Positions 39,475-52,201 of a stretch of DNA of 64,000 bases are shown piece by piece (position 1 is the stretch's first letter; each line of letters opens with the position of its first letter). The position numbers were made by a program, and so were the translations under genes. The notes beneath the pieces were generated by a model that saw only the letters and a program-made list of their open reading frames with translations, did no database searches and was not told where the DNA came from. Source of the stretch: Octopus sinensis (Eukaryota); contig NW_021834615.1 in the NCBI RefSeq assembly GCF_006345805.1, positions 7,832 to 71,831 on the forward strand. The letters run 5' to 3'.

Positions 39475-41310
39475 GCAGTGTTACGTCGATAATTGTACCA
39501 AGAACTCTTCATCTGAGAATCAAATGCCCGAGCTGGCGCTTCACTGCGTTTGTATCTACAATTCAGCATTCTGTCCACTCTTGTGCTTCCAATCGTTCGT
39601 GAATAGAGACCCGAAATAATGATGTTCCACTTTCCGACACAGTGCGTATTTGTCAATCCTTCCTTGGGGTACTCGGCAGCCAACCAATTCAGTGCACGTT
39701 GTTGGTGACCATCAGACGAATCAGGTAGCAGCATGTCGTCTGCAAATAACAGTCGACCGATCACGTAGAGATGGATTGGGATACCTCTACCACAATGGCT
39801 GTGCATATTCAACCAGATCACAAAAAGAATGTGATAAGGGGCACTAACAATGCACACTTCAACAAAGAAACCTTCTCGTTGAAAAATTTCGACTTTTACA
39901 TAAATACAATCATTTGAACATCCATATAAGTACTTTATGGCAACCATTAAAATCACCTTCCTGGTAAACCATCCGTAACATGCCCCAGGGCACGTGATCG
40001 TGTGCATTTTCGTGGTTTACAGCGAATAAATCTTGGAAATGCTTCAACGATTTCTTGAAGATCTGTCTTTGAACGACTATGTGGTCGGGTGTAGTGCGTC
40101 CTGGACAGTAATCTTGGGCGCGACAATTTCCCTAAATATCTTTTACTGTCATTAGTGTAGGCTTTTCTATAATTAGAACACGCTACTTGGTCTCTGTTTG
40201 AAAAATTGTGATTATCACACCATATTACCATTGCCTTGGTGTTTTTTGAAGAGGTCCCATCAACCTAGCGTACACGTGTCACTCAGAGAATACCATCTGT
40301 ATTCAAGGTTTATAAAATATCAAGCCGAACGTGCTTTTCACCAGCAGCTTTCACTTTAAGTGAGTTTAGCTCAAATAAGCGTTCAACCGAAGAAGAACCT
40401 GCCGAAAATATAATACAACCACGAATCCATTTCGATGTCCAACTTCATTCAGGCGGGTCACTCTCATTTGGATGCAAAAGTCTCCTTTTCGTTTCTGATT
40501 CCAGCATCCACTGCGGCTTCCAACTGTATTCTGTAGGTCGCACTAGACTTACCAATTTCCAGTGTTCGGCAGACCGTAGAAATTTTCAGGTTTTCAGATA
40601 TGTAGGTAGTGCGAGTTGACAATTCCACCCCTCCTTTTACCCGAACGTTCAGCAAAGAGTGAAAGATGACCGAACACTATCAGAAACCTCTGTCACCAAG
40701 TATTTCTATACCAGGCACCCTTATAAATATCCTGTCTTCAAATAATATCTATACCATAGAGAGGAGTGTGTATCCTGCACAGAAGCCTGCTAAGACCTCT
40801 CCATTAAGTTCACTGACGACGTTCCTTCCAATCAATCCTTCTCACGGTTATCAGTGCCAAGGTGTGCACTGAAGTCTCCTTGCAGGACAAATGACTTTAC
40901 CCCAAATATATCTAAAGCTGAGATGAATTTGCTTAGGAAGGATTTGTATTTGACCTAGCTGTTTGCTGCATATACTTTCAACAGCCACAGTGGTCTTTCA
41001 TATTCAGCCTTAGTTTCAAGAGGTGAACCCTCACACCTAGTAGGTTTCACTCCATTATACAATCCGAAAGCTGGGGATTGAGAGTATCCTAATCCCACCT
41101 GTGCAGACATTGTTGGCACCACAGTTGCGTAGTGGAGTTTTCAAGCCTATATCCAGGTGTACGCTATCGGAAAGGAAATTTTGTAGAGGAGACACCGATT
41201 ATATCTTACAGGCAGATTATATCTAACAATTTTGACGTTTTAATTCTCAATTATTAAAGGTTGTTCCCTTCTTGATCTGCTTTCGTGTCCTGAGACCGTC
41301 AATTTTGAGC
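39475..41310 (-). mobile_element. Degenerate RTE-like LINE remnant in intron 2 (copy C)
   Basis: GRLLFADDMLL in ORF 39450-40007. Confidence 0.7.
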
Positions 41311-41927
41311 TCCCACCCCACGCACGCCAGAGATTAATTTGCAGGCTTCTTGCTGGTTGCACCGGTATTGGGTGGGTTGTGCTATACATTTATCGATCGG
41401 ACTCCTCTACTCGAGATACGGATGCGATGTCTTTTAACTAATCGACAAATGATGCGGTATGGTTGTTATTTTCATATTGTAGTTATGATGGCCTTATTTG
41501 CGCCGAGTTCCAAACTGATATTTGTAATTGACCGATGAATATTCGCACCTGGCGAATTTTTTATCATTATTCTATTGAGTTTTATCATTATTCTATTGAA
41601 ATTTATACTCATACCCAAGTTTACGTATCATACATACATCCGTTCATAGCGGAGACCGATACACATTCTGATATTCTGAGATTAATCTCTGAAATCTTTG
41701 ACATCAACGTCAACAACAGGCTCAACAGACAAATGTCTTTTTCTTTCTTTACAATTTATTCTTATTATTTACATCTTTCGTTCTGACTTTCATTCATTCA
41801 CTCGTTCTTTCTTAATTCTATAATTTTCTCTTCTCTATCAATTCCTTCTCATCCAACAATCTACTTTGTAAATGATTCCCCCCAATTCTTTCTTTTAAAA
41901 CTACATTATTCCATTTTAATTTCACAG

Positions 41928-42002
41928 AACCCGGTCTCGGATCATTGTATACCCGGTGGGGCAGAACAACTTGTCCTCCTTATTCAAAACTTGTATATGA
42001 AG
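41928..42002 (+). CDS. Array gene exon 3, copy C (PGLGSLYTRWGRTTCPPYSKLVYE-G)
   Basis: cacag/gttagt, 75 nt, intact. Confidence 0.9.
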
Positions 42003-43054
42003 GTTAGTATAATTTATATTTCTGATCTCTCATTCTCTTTTTGTCTTTCTCTTGTTCTCTTTTTATACCTCTCATTCTCTCTTTTTGTTGCCTCTCTTTC
42101 TCTCTAACCCTCTCTCTCACGCACACGCACACACACTCAACCTTTGTCGGGTTGTCTAACATAAACATTCTCAAATCCTCTTATGGTATGTCACGTTTCA
42201 AACGTCTATACCTGTAGACTATACAGACACTACACAAGACTGCTTACTCCTTTGTAGGTATTTGGTCATATCAGAATATTATAAGTTGTCTACTACGGAC
42301 CAAGTGAAAATGATGCTAATTGGTGATCAATTGTACAGGCTACGGATGGTGGTATTGTACGTGAGTGACTAGAGCTGAATAGTGGCCACTTGACTACTTT
42401 TAACTAGAATGCGCAATGATCGTATGTGTGGGCTAAATTGAATAGAGTCTATTAGAATTGATGACAGTGACTGTAAATGGTGAAAGGAATAAACACACAT
42501 GTAGAATGAGGACTGGACAAGCCAATGCTTTAAGTGATGGAAAAAGCTAAGGACTGTATTCATTAAGTAAAATAGAGAGACTAAATATTAGTGAGAGAAC
42601 ACAACAGAGTACAGAATGCACTTCTATTCTTCTCCGCCTCACCGAAATCGTCCTATCGCTAAAACCTTGCTCTTTTCATGCACCACATCACCTCATTAAT
42701 TATCCAGTATATCTTTGTAAGGTAATTCCGAAACTTCCAATTCAAAACTGCTGCTACAAACTGCGTCCCCAATCAACCTCACATTCCTTAGAAATGCTCT
42801 GAATCTGCTCTTTATAAACCCTATACGTATGTTTTTTCGGTCGCCGCTTCCATCACCAAAAATATCCCCGTTCACTCGTGAACAAATTTTCCATTTCGGG
42901 TAAACACGAGTACATGCGTTACAGAATTCCTTCTTTTTCTCCTCTATTAACACATCCACGCAAAAACACTTCCCCATGTAACATACATAATAATCCACGT
43001 CATCACCTCAAATACTTACCCGTATAAACACAACATATATATACATATAACTAC

Positions 43055-43102
<48 letters not shown>

Positions 43103-43130
43103 CAAATAAAAACAAGATGCGAAGGATTCA

Positions 43131-43210
43131 GCGGTACATATTTTTCGGGCCTTTATTAGACAGATTTATAACAATGCATAATGTATGTCTGTGGCCTTCT
43201 TCAGCCGCGC
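43131..43210 (-). ncRNA. Hammerhead motif, degraded inverted copy
   Basis: gcgcgg CUGAAGA aggcc...ggccc GAAA aauaug UA ccgc; a C>A change breaks stem III. Confidence 0.55.
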
Positions 43211-45064
43211 ACAACAACTTCCACAAGGGCATGTGTTACATCAATCAAAATTCTTGGTTGGGGATGCAAATCCTCCCATTCGCGTGCGACATAATGCGGC
43301 AGCAGCATAGAATTGAAGCGTCCATCTCTTTCTTCCCTCAATGTAGGATGAGGAAAAATGGATGTTGAAGTAATGTAAATAAATAAATACATGTATATAC
43401 GTGAAGATGGAGGGGCGAGAATTCAGGACGAGGGATAAAAAATGTATAAAAAGTGTAAGTATAGAAAAATATAAAAATGTAGAGCATAAAGATATAAAGA
43501 GATATAAGGAGATGTAAAGGGGGTATAAAGAATATAAAGAAATATAAAGAAATATAAATAAATGTAAAGGCATAAGGTTATAAAGTAAAAATAGAAATAG
43601 AAATAAAAATAAAAGTAAAAAAACATGATAAAAATGTAACAAAATATAAAAAAAAATAAAGATAAGGGATGTATAGAGGTTAAGGACCAAGCATGGTGGT
43701 CAGGAGATTGATAAAGTTTAGTTGTAGAATTGTCAGTAAATCAACAGTTTCGTCTGGGGACCTAATGCGTTGTAAATCAGAGCTGTTGAGCGTTTAATCT
43801 GGTTCCTTGAATTATTTGGACTTCTAGTACATACATACCAACATGGATACACACACCCATATACACGCGTACATATACGCCTCCAAGCCTATAAGCATAC
43901 ACACGCACTCGCGTGTAAACATGCATATAAACACACACCACACCCACACGTACGTGCGTACACATACATACATACAACAGAATATCCGCATGTATACACG
44001 GACACTATACATGTACACACTCACATGTACATACGCGCGCCCATCCCCACATACACACACGCATATGCCCACGCTTCCAGGTCTAGATATAAGATATTAA
44101 AGGATGTATATAAGGCGTATGTAAGGAATCACGTCTATGCGTGCACGCACACACGGCTGTGTGTACGTATGTGCGTGCACACATACACCTACACACACAC
44201 ACAGAGACATAGGGGTATAGTTATAAGATATCAAAATATGCATGTACATATATGCGCGCGTTTATGTATGTATGCGTATACATACGTACAGAACGACGCT
44301 CGCATAGTCAAAAGTGGATCTATAGGTAGTAAATAAACACATATAGAGATGTAAAGCGATAAGTTAGGGGTAAGAATGAGGGTAAGGGTAAAAATTAGAA
44401 ATAAAAGTAAGAAATACAGTATAAAATAAGAAATACAATGTAATAGTTAGAAATGAAATATAAAATTAAAAAATTATAAGAGTTAAGGTAAGGGATGAAA
44501 ATGAAAATGAGAATAAATGGAAGTAGAATAAGAGTAAAAATAAATAAAATAAAATAAGATAAAAATATAATTTAACATGAGATGAAGGTGGTTGAAAGTT
44601 AGAGGTGTGTGTTAAAAGTGTCCACGTAGGGGCGGGCGGGGGGAACTGAAAATTGGAAGGGTGGGAAGTGGAGTTTGGCGGTGTGCGTTCAACATCCGAG
44701 TTAGAAATGTGAAAGGGTATAGATATAGGGAAGTAAAGAGACTATATAGGAAGGATATGGGTGTAGGAGAAGAAATTTAGGGAAAAGAAGTCATATATGG
44801 GAGACAAAATTTGTATATATAGGAGGAAAATGCAGGGAAACATATATGCACATACACACACCACACCACACAACACACGCACATATATATATATATATAT
44901 ATGTACATATACGTACACATATGTGAACATACATATACATACAACACACATACGCATATACATATTCTATGCTGCTGCCGCATTATGTCGTACGCGAATG
45001 GGAGGATTTGCATCCCCAACCAAGAATTTTTGATGTAACACATGCCCTTGTGGAAGTTTGTTGT

Positions 45065-45145
45065 GCGCGGCTGAAGAAGCCACAGACATACATTATGCAT
45101 TGTTATAAATCTGTCTAATAAAGGCCCGAAACATATGTACCGCGC
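45065..45145 (+). ncRNA. Type I hammerhead ribozyme, sense strand in intron 3 of copy C
   Basis: gcgcgg CUGAAGA agcc-acaga...ucugu...ggccc GAAA c-auau-g UA ccgcgc. 6-bp stem I, palindromic ACAUAUGU, predicted cleavage after A45139. Confidence 0.8.
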
Positions 45146-45253
45146 TGAATCCTTCGCATCTTGTTTTTATTTTGATCAATTTACTCCACCACCTACACCA
45201 TCAAACGGTATACACAGGTGCTTATAATTATCAAGTACTCACCCCGAATTTCT

Positions 45254-45318
<65 letters not shown>

Positions 45319-45331
45319 TTATATGTAATAT

Positions 45332-45380
<49 letters not shown>

Positions 45381-45747
45381 TATATATTATATAATATATA
45401 TATATATGTATATATATTATGTTAATATATCTGGCAGACTATTGACAATGAAACGGAAGGTCTTATCATATATTATAGTTAAATATTTTAAACAATGTTG
45501 CTATGAATACAGTTGAAGTTTAGGGTTTTCCAAAGAATTATTTAGAAGAATATTATAACAAAAGGATAGAAATTGTTGAATATTTTTCTATTCATAAGTA
45601 TTCATAAATTTCTTGATAATTTTATTAACTTCTATGCTGAAGTAGAGACAACGTGATCTTTGAGTATCTCCTTAACTTCTTGGAGATTTTAGGTATAATT
45701 ATACTAATGTGTCAATCTGTTTTAATTTAATTAAATCCTATGTATTG

Positions 45748-45836
45748 GTGCAGCTGAAGATTCCACTATATTTTAAATTGATGTGATTATTGTATTGTTC
45801 AATTAAATGGAGTTGCATGAAACAATTGTACTGCAT
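45748..45836 (+). ncRNA. Type I hammerhead motif, sense strand in intron 3 of copy C
   Basis: gugcag CUGAAGA uucca...ugcau GAAA c-aauu-g UA cugcau. Palindromic ACAAUUGU; stem II partly decayed. Confidence 0.65.
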
Positions 45837-45870
45837 TATCTCTGGATATCCTTGTTACTACTTACTTTGA

Positions 45871-45918
<48 letters not shown>

Positions 45919-46125
45919 AAGAGAATGCAAATGCACTGCTACGTTCTCGTGCATACAGTATCACACAGCTTACACTCATATAACACTAACATATACACCA
46001 CAATTCGTTCACACGCGAGTAAACATGACTTCTTTTAAGGGTTAAAATGTAATGAATGTTTCCGTTAGTTCATATATAATTTTGCTTAATATCTTTTTTA
46101 CTTGATTTATTCTTACCAATTCTAG

Positions 46126-46623
46126 GTGTTGTTGGTGGACAACATTATACCCATACTGGTGGCGGAAGTAATCTCTTGTGTTTACCTAACGATCCCATTT
46201 GGGCCAATTATACGACTGAAGTTGAAGAAGGTGGTTACATTTATGGCAGTGAATATGAAATATCCCACTACTCAAATAAACTCTTTTCTTTTGCAAACGC
46301 TGAATCAATTCATGATCACAACGTTCCGTGCGCTGTCTGTTTGACACGACAACCTGCTGTTTTTATGATGTTACCAGCCAGGACACAGTGTTACGCTGGT
46401 TGGACATCTGAATATTCAGGATATTTGATGACCGCGGGTTCTGGTCATAAGGGCAGACTTGAATATGTGTGTGTGGATTATGCACCAGAAGCTGATCCAG
46501 CGGGTTACAGAAACGAAAATGGAGCTCTACTATATTTTCGTTCAGGCTGCTTGTGGTTCATTGCCATGTCCACCGTATGTCAATGGTCGAGAATTAACCT
46601 GCGTTGTGTGCAGTAAATACTGA
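46126..46623 (+). pseudogene. Array gene exon 4, copy C (C4-like domain; +1 T at 46535-46538)
   Basis: In frame up to GALLY, then tattttcgtt vs tatttcgtt shifts the frame. The paralogous CSKY-TGA ends at 46623. There is also a one-codon deletion in the third variable segment. Confidence 0.85.
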
Positions 46624-48269
46624 ATCGAATTTACATTCGTTTTTACATGAAACTTTATGTTGGCGAATCATAAAATATAATATAATAAAGCAACATATAC
46701 GTTTCTTGTAATTGTGTTTCGCAGTATTTTATCCAACTAATATATGTCGTTAAATAAATTGCTGCTACAAGTTTTCAGAAAATATTCAAAACGAAACAAC
46801 AGAGACGTCATAGAATGTGACAAATAGTTTGAGAGAACGATGTAATCCTAATCCTCAGAGAATGATTCTAGAATACATTGTATGAGGTTCAGTTTATCAT
46901 TTAAATGTTGAAATAAAATGATGATTCGTTTAAATGTGTTGTATTCCGTCTTAAAATGAAAACAATCCCCAAATGAAACACCTCCGTACAAATATATCAC
47001 CCTTTCATGATCAATCTTTAAAAAAACACGATAAAAGCTTATAACTAACATCACTAAATCATGATGGGTTAATAAAAAAAATACTCCCATACGTATCATT
47101 GTAACTACAATCGATGCGATGAAAGTTCTGCAATCCAATCGCGGATATTACCTAATAATGTTGACAACCTTACTACTTGTCAGGTTACTAACACATTGAA
47201 GTTTTCACGAAACACTTTCGACAAGGGTATAAGTACACGTCCCACGAAGAACTATTTTCAACCTACATTCACATATTCCACATCCAGCTTTTCTACAAAT
47301 CAACACACACACACCAGCCTCGCGTCACATTACACACGCAGCCTCTCATCGTTCCCTGAAAACTCATGTGCCAAAATAAAATGTGAAACCACCAAGAAAT
47401 AAGAGTAGACTTCAAGAACGGCATCAACCGAATCTACAGCAACACCACAAAACATCGAGTTCAACAAATTATCGCGATCTGTAACATAAACTATCAAACT
47501 CGCAGAAGAGGAACTTGCTTCGAGATACATGCATACAATAACTGTAACACACATAAACGACTTAGTAAGGAAAGGAAGACGACTTATAAAATATACATTA
47601 GGTGGAATCAGTGCAACATGTTGAGTCTTTCACACTATACCCAGCATGATTGCTCCTTGTATGTGGGAGTTTGTAGAATGGCTGCCAGATAAACGAAGGT
47701 ATCCGTGGAAAGAGGGTTCTGTGGGTGGCAGCACGTTTTTTGTCCGATTCATTGCGTGCCATAAGAATGCTCGATTGTGAAAAAGCTAGAGAAAAAGAAT
47801 ATAATTAAGTAATATGAAAGCACGAAATGCAAATTGACAAATGAATATATGGAAACATTCAACATGGCGTTTCCAGTGAACAGTATTAGCGCTCAGTATT
47901 AGGCATAAGCAATTTTTAGGTTCGTTAAAATGTGCTAATGGCATATTTCAAACTCTAAACGCAAATTCTGTGCAAAAAGTTGCAAAAACAGCATATCAGT
48001 CCAGTGCTGCTCCCTATCGGGTTCCAGTTCAGCCGTTATCAAAAGAATACCGAAGAGGGGAATATCTGGACAAACTTAAAGCCATAGCTTTAACTAAAAC
48101 ATAGTCAACAACAACGAGTAAGTGACGCCATTAGAGCGCCAGGCTGGAGTCTGTCGTGAGTTACCTCCCTTCGGTATTTCTCTCTGATAAATTCTTCGCT
48201 AGAGGAGTTGACTTCAAACTTGTGCCCCAACAGTAACTGCGGTCGCTCGTACGTGCCCGCATCTTTCCT

Positions 48270-49290
48270 TGTGTGTGTGGTGTGTGTGTGTGTGTGTGTT
48301 TTGTATGCGTGTGTTTGTATGTGTGTGTGTGTGTGTCAGTGTGTGTGTGTGGGTGGGTGTTTGTGTGTTTGCATGTATGTGTGTGTGTGTGTGTCAATGT
48401 GTGTATGTCAGTGTGTGTGTGAGTGTCAGTGTGTGTGTGTGTGTGTGTGTCAGTGTGTGTGTGTATCAGTGTGTGTGTATGTATCAGTGTGTGTGTGTGT
48501 GTATCAGTGTGTGTGGTGTGGGTGTGTGGGTGTGTGGGTGTGTGTGTGTGTGTGTTTTCATGTGTGTGTGTGTGTAGGTGTGTGTGTCAGTGAGTGTGTG
48601 TATGTCAATGTGTGTGTGAGTGTCAGTGTGTGTGTGTCAGTGTGTGTGTGTCACTGTATGTGTGTGTCAGTATGTTTGAGTGTGTGTGTCAGTGTGTGTG
48701 TGGTCAGTGTGTGTGTGTCAGTGTGTGTGTGTATGTGTGTATGTCAGTGTGTGTGTGTGTTTGTCAGTGTGTGTGTGTATGTGTGTGTATCAGTGTGTGT
48801 GTGTGTGTGTGTGTCAGTGTGTGTGTGTTTATGTGTGTGTGTCAGTGTGTGTGTGTATGTCAGTGGTGTGTGTGTGTGTGTGTCAGTGTGTGTATGTGTA
48901 TGTGTGGTGTCAGTGTGTGTGTGTATCAGTGTGCGTGTGTTGGTGTGGGTTTGTTTGCATGTGTGTGTCATGTGTGTGTATGTCAGCGTGTGTGTGTGTG
49001 TTTGTGTGTCAGTGTGTGTGGTGTGTGTGTGTCAGTGTGTGTGCGTCACTGTGTGTGTGTGTCAGTATGTGTGTATGTTAGTGTGTGTGTGTGTCAGTGT
49101 GTGTGTATGTGTATGTATGAAAGTGTGTTCGTGTGTATGTGTGTCGTTGTGTGTGTGTGTATGTCTATGTGTGTGTGTGTGTCAGTGTGTGTGTGTGTGT
49201 GTCAGTGTGCGCGAGTGTATGTGTGCCAGTGTCTCTGTGTCTGTGTTTCAGTGTGTGTTTGCGTGTCAGTGTGTGTTTAAGTGTGTGTCT
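48270..49290. repeat. Interrupted (GT)n microsatellite
   Basis: Read directly; source of the V/C-rich pseudo-ORFs. Confidence 0.95.
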
Positions 49291-49712
49291 GTCTATTTGT
49301 CGGTTGAACAAAATACTTCCCACACTGAATATTAAAACAGTTTCCCAAGAATAACAAATAAAATTAATTAAAAACATTAGTAAATAAATATATCATAATA
49401 TATCCAGAAACAGGAATCAGTTCACTTTACACGTGTCTCTCATTCATCAAAATATTTTGCTAATTATTGTGTGACAATATCAAACCATCTCTTTCCAATA
49501 ATTAAACCTGTCAGACAAGTTCACACCCGCTTTTACAGTTCCACCAATCGCATTGGTTCATAAATTTACGATAAGATCTATGCCAGAGCTGGGTTGTTGT
49601 GCGCTCAATAAATACGTGGAATTCAGTTACAGGTCTTCAGCTTAAACCTCGCATCTCGATCTTTTGTTGAAGCCACACGAAGTATCACGTACGACCGACA
49701 ACTGTCACCAGA

Positions 49713-49856
49713 ATGGATTTCGCACAACTGTCCAGGAATATTTCGCAGCGTTATTCCATTTCTTCTCTCATAGCTTTTGGGGTTCTTCTCGTTCTGACAA
49801 TCGTGATTCTTCATCAAGATTCAAGAATAGGAAAAATGGAAGAGAAATCGAAAACG
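49713..49856 (+). CDS. Array gene exon 1, copy D
   Basis: Same 48-aa peptide as copy C; gtaagt donor. Confidence 0.85.
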
Positions 49857-50285
49857 GTAAGTCATGGATTTTGTGTTAATATATGTATGTCTTTATGTAT
49901 TTATATATGCATGTATGTATGTATGCATTTACGTATGTATGTATTAATATGTGGATGTATGTATGTACCGATGGATGGATGGATGTAAGGATGTATGCAT
50001 GAATCACGTACATATGTTCCTATGGAGCACACACACACACATAAGATCACACACGTAATCACACACGAACACACAGGCGCACACACCTAAATATACATAT
50101 ATATACATATACGTATAATTGTATATATAATATACATATATATGTATATATAATATACATATATATGAATATATTAGTGCCTGAACATATATGGATATAT
50201 ATATACAAACAAATACATGCGTGTGTGTATCTATCACTGTATCTCTCTGTCTATCCCTCTCTCTCTCTATTTATCTATATATATA

Positions 50286-50326
<41 letters not shown>

Positions 50327-50998
50327 TTTATATAAATATATTCTTTTAACCGTTTCAGTCATTTGACTGCGGCCATGCTAGGGCACTGCGTTCAGTAGAA
50401 CAAATCGACTTCAGGAATTATTCCTTGTAAGCTATTGCTCATTCTATCGGTATCTCTAGACGATCGGCTATGTAACGGGGACGTAAACACACCGACATCA
50501 GTTGAGAATCGATAGCGGTGCGACAATAACAGACACATACATAAAACATAGATACATACACACTATGTGTGGTATACACACACGCACACACACAAATCAA
50601 TATATATATATATATACATATCATATATACATACACACATATATTACGTATGTATGTACATACATATCTATCTATCTATCTATATATCTATCTATGTATA
50701 TCTATCTATCTATCTATATATATATATATATATATAGGGATAAATAAAAATATGCATACATACAAACATATATGTACGTACCTACATCTACATGTATATA
50801 TACATGCATATATAAATAATTATACGGAAGTACAGGACATCACAATAGACGTAGAAACAGAAAAAGCCAAAAAACAAAAAACAAGAAAACGGAAAACGAA
50901 AACCAAATACAGGACAGGTTACACAAGGACAAAACCCCCGTCATCAGCTGTCGCTAGAGGAGTCAGGCATGTTTCGAAGGCATATAATATATATATAT

Positions 50999-51035
<37 letters not shown>

Positions 51036-51935
51036 GGATATATATATATCTGTCAGATATGATGTAATCGTATATTCTATTTCTATTTCCATGTCTTGTT
51101 ATATTTGCAATATATTATGTATAATGTCATTGCTGTTATGTAATGGTTTATAAAGTATTGATTGGGTATTATCTGATGGTTGATGATTGATTTAGATATG
51201 TTTCTCCATTTTCTTTTTTGCATATATATATATATATCTATATACATACATATACACACATCCCAAGTAAACACAAAGAAGGGTGTAATTGTACTCCTGT
51301 CCGATCGCTCTTTCACCAGACTTAATCCTGGAGAGGGAAATAAGTGCGTAACGGAAAAATTTAACGGTGGGGTTCTAGCATGGCCATGCCTGTCGCTGCA
51401 ACGTTTAGCCCTATTAATATTAGTGTTAAGTATTATATCTAGATGTACACTTACACACACGCACACAGAAACTGACACATGCAAACACACACACACGCAC
51501 ACATAGGAATACGTACATATTTACACACATTTATCTATTTCTCTCCATCAGGAACGGAAGTGAGGCGAGTTTTTTGAATCTTTTCTTTCCAACTGAAAAT
51601 AAAACGTGCGAGTGCCAATGTAGATCGGTGAAATTCGTAATGTTTGACTGTAATTCACGTTGGTTTTTATATATGACAATATGTAAGAACGAATGTAAAT
51701 ACATACACACAGACACACGGACAAACACACGCACAAATAAACACAAACACACACACATACGCACACACACAGACACACGTGCTCAATTGTACACGAACAA
51801 CCACACTATACAGTGTATGTCCACTCACATATATGTGTGCGTTTGTGTGTGTGTATGCGTATAAGTAGATACGTATATTTGTGATATTTATGGTGTGTAT
51901 GCTTAAGTATACGTACATACCTATATATTGATATG

Positions 51936-51983
<48 letters not shown>

Positions 51984-51985
<2 letters not shown>

Positions 51986-52040
51986 GGGCTTCCTGATGAT
52001 TTCATTTGAATGAAACAGTTCTAGTCCTGTAGAAGCTCCT
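51984..52040 (+). ncRNA. Type I hammerhead ribozyme in a 140-bp insertion (51982-52122) within (TA)n, sense strand in intron 1 of copy D
   Basis: aggggcuuc CUGAUGA u-uuc-auuu-gaa-u GAAA cag-uucuaguc-cug UA gaagcuccu. 9-bp stem I; predicted cleavage after A52031. Confidence 0.8.
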
Positions 52041-52119
52041 TCTATAAAATAAATTAATTTACTCTGCTATGTATTGAGTACCTTATTTACTGTGGTTAAC
52101 CCCGACTCAACCCGGGACC

Positions 52120-52201
<82 letters not shown>

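Larger units (their letters stand above)
43100..45250. mobile_element. Element with about 210-bp inverted, hammerhead-bearing terminal repeats (Penelope-like inverted pLTRs), copy C intron 3
   Basis: 43100-43313 is the reverse complement of 44964-45177. Inserted in (TA)n; no clear coding capacity. Confidence 0.75.

Noticed and set aside
48208-49354. Long V/C-rich ORFs (up to 375 aa), also at 14807-15405, 30134-30711 and 63155-63463
   Set aside because: Translations of interrupted (GT)n microsatellites that lack stops in several frames; not Cys-rich proteins.
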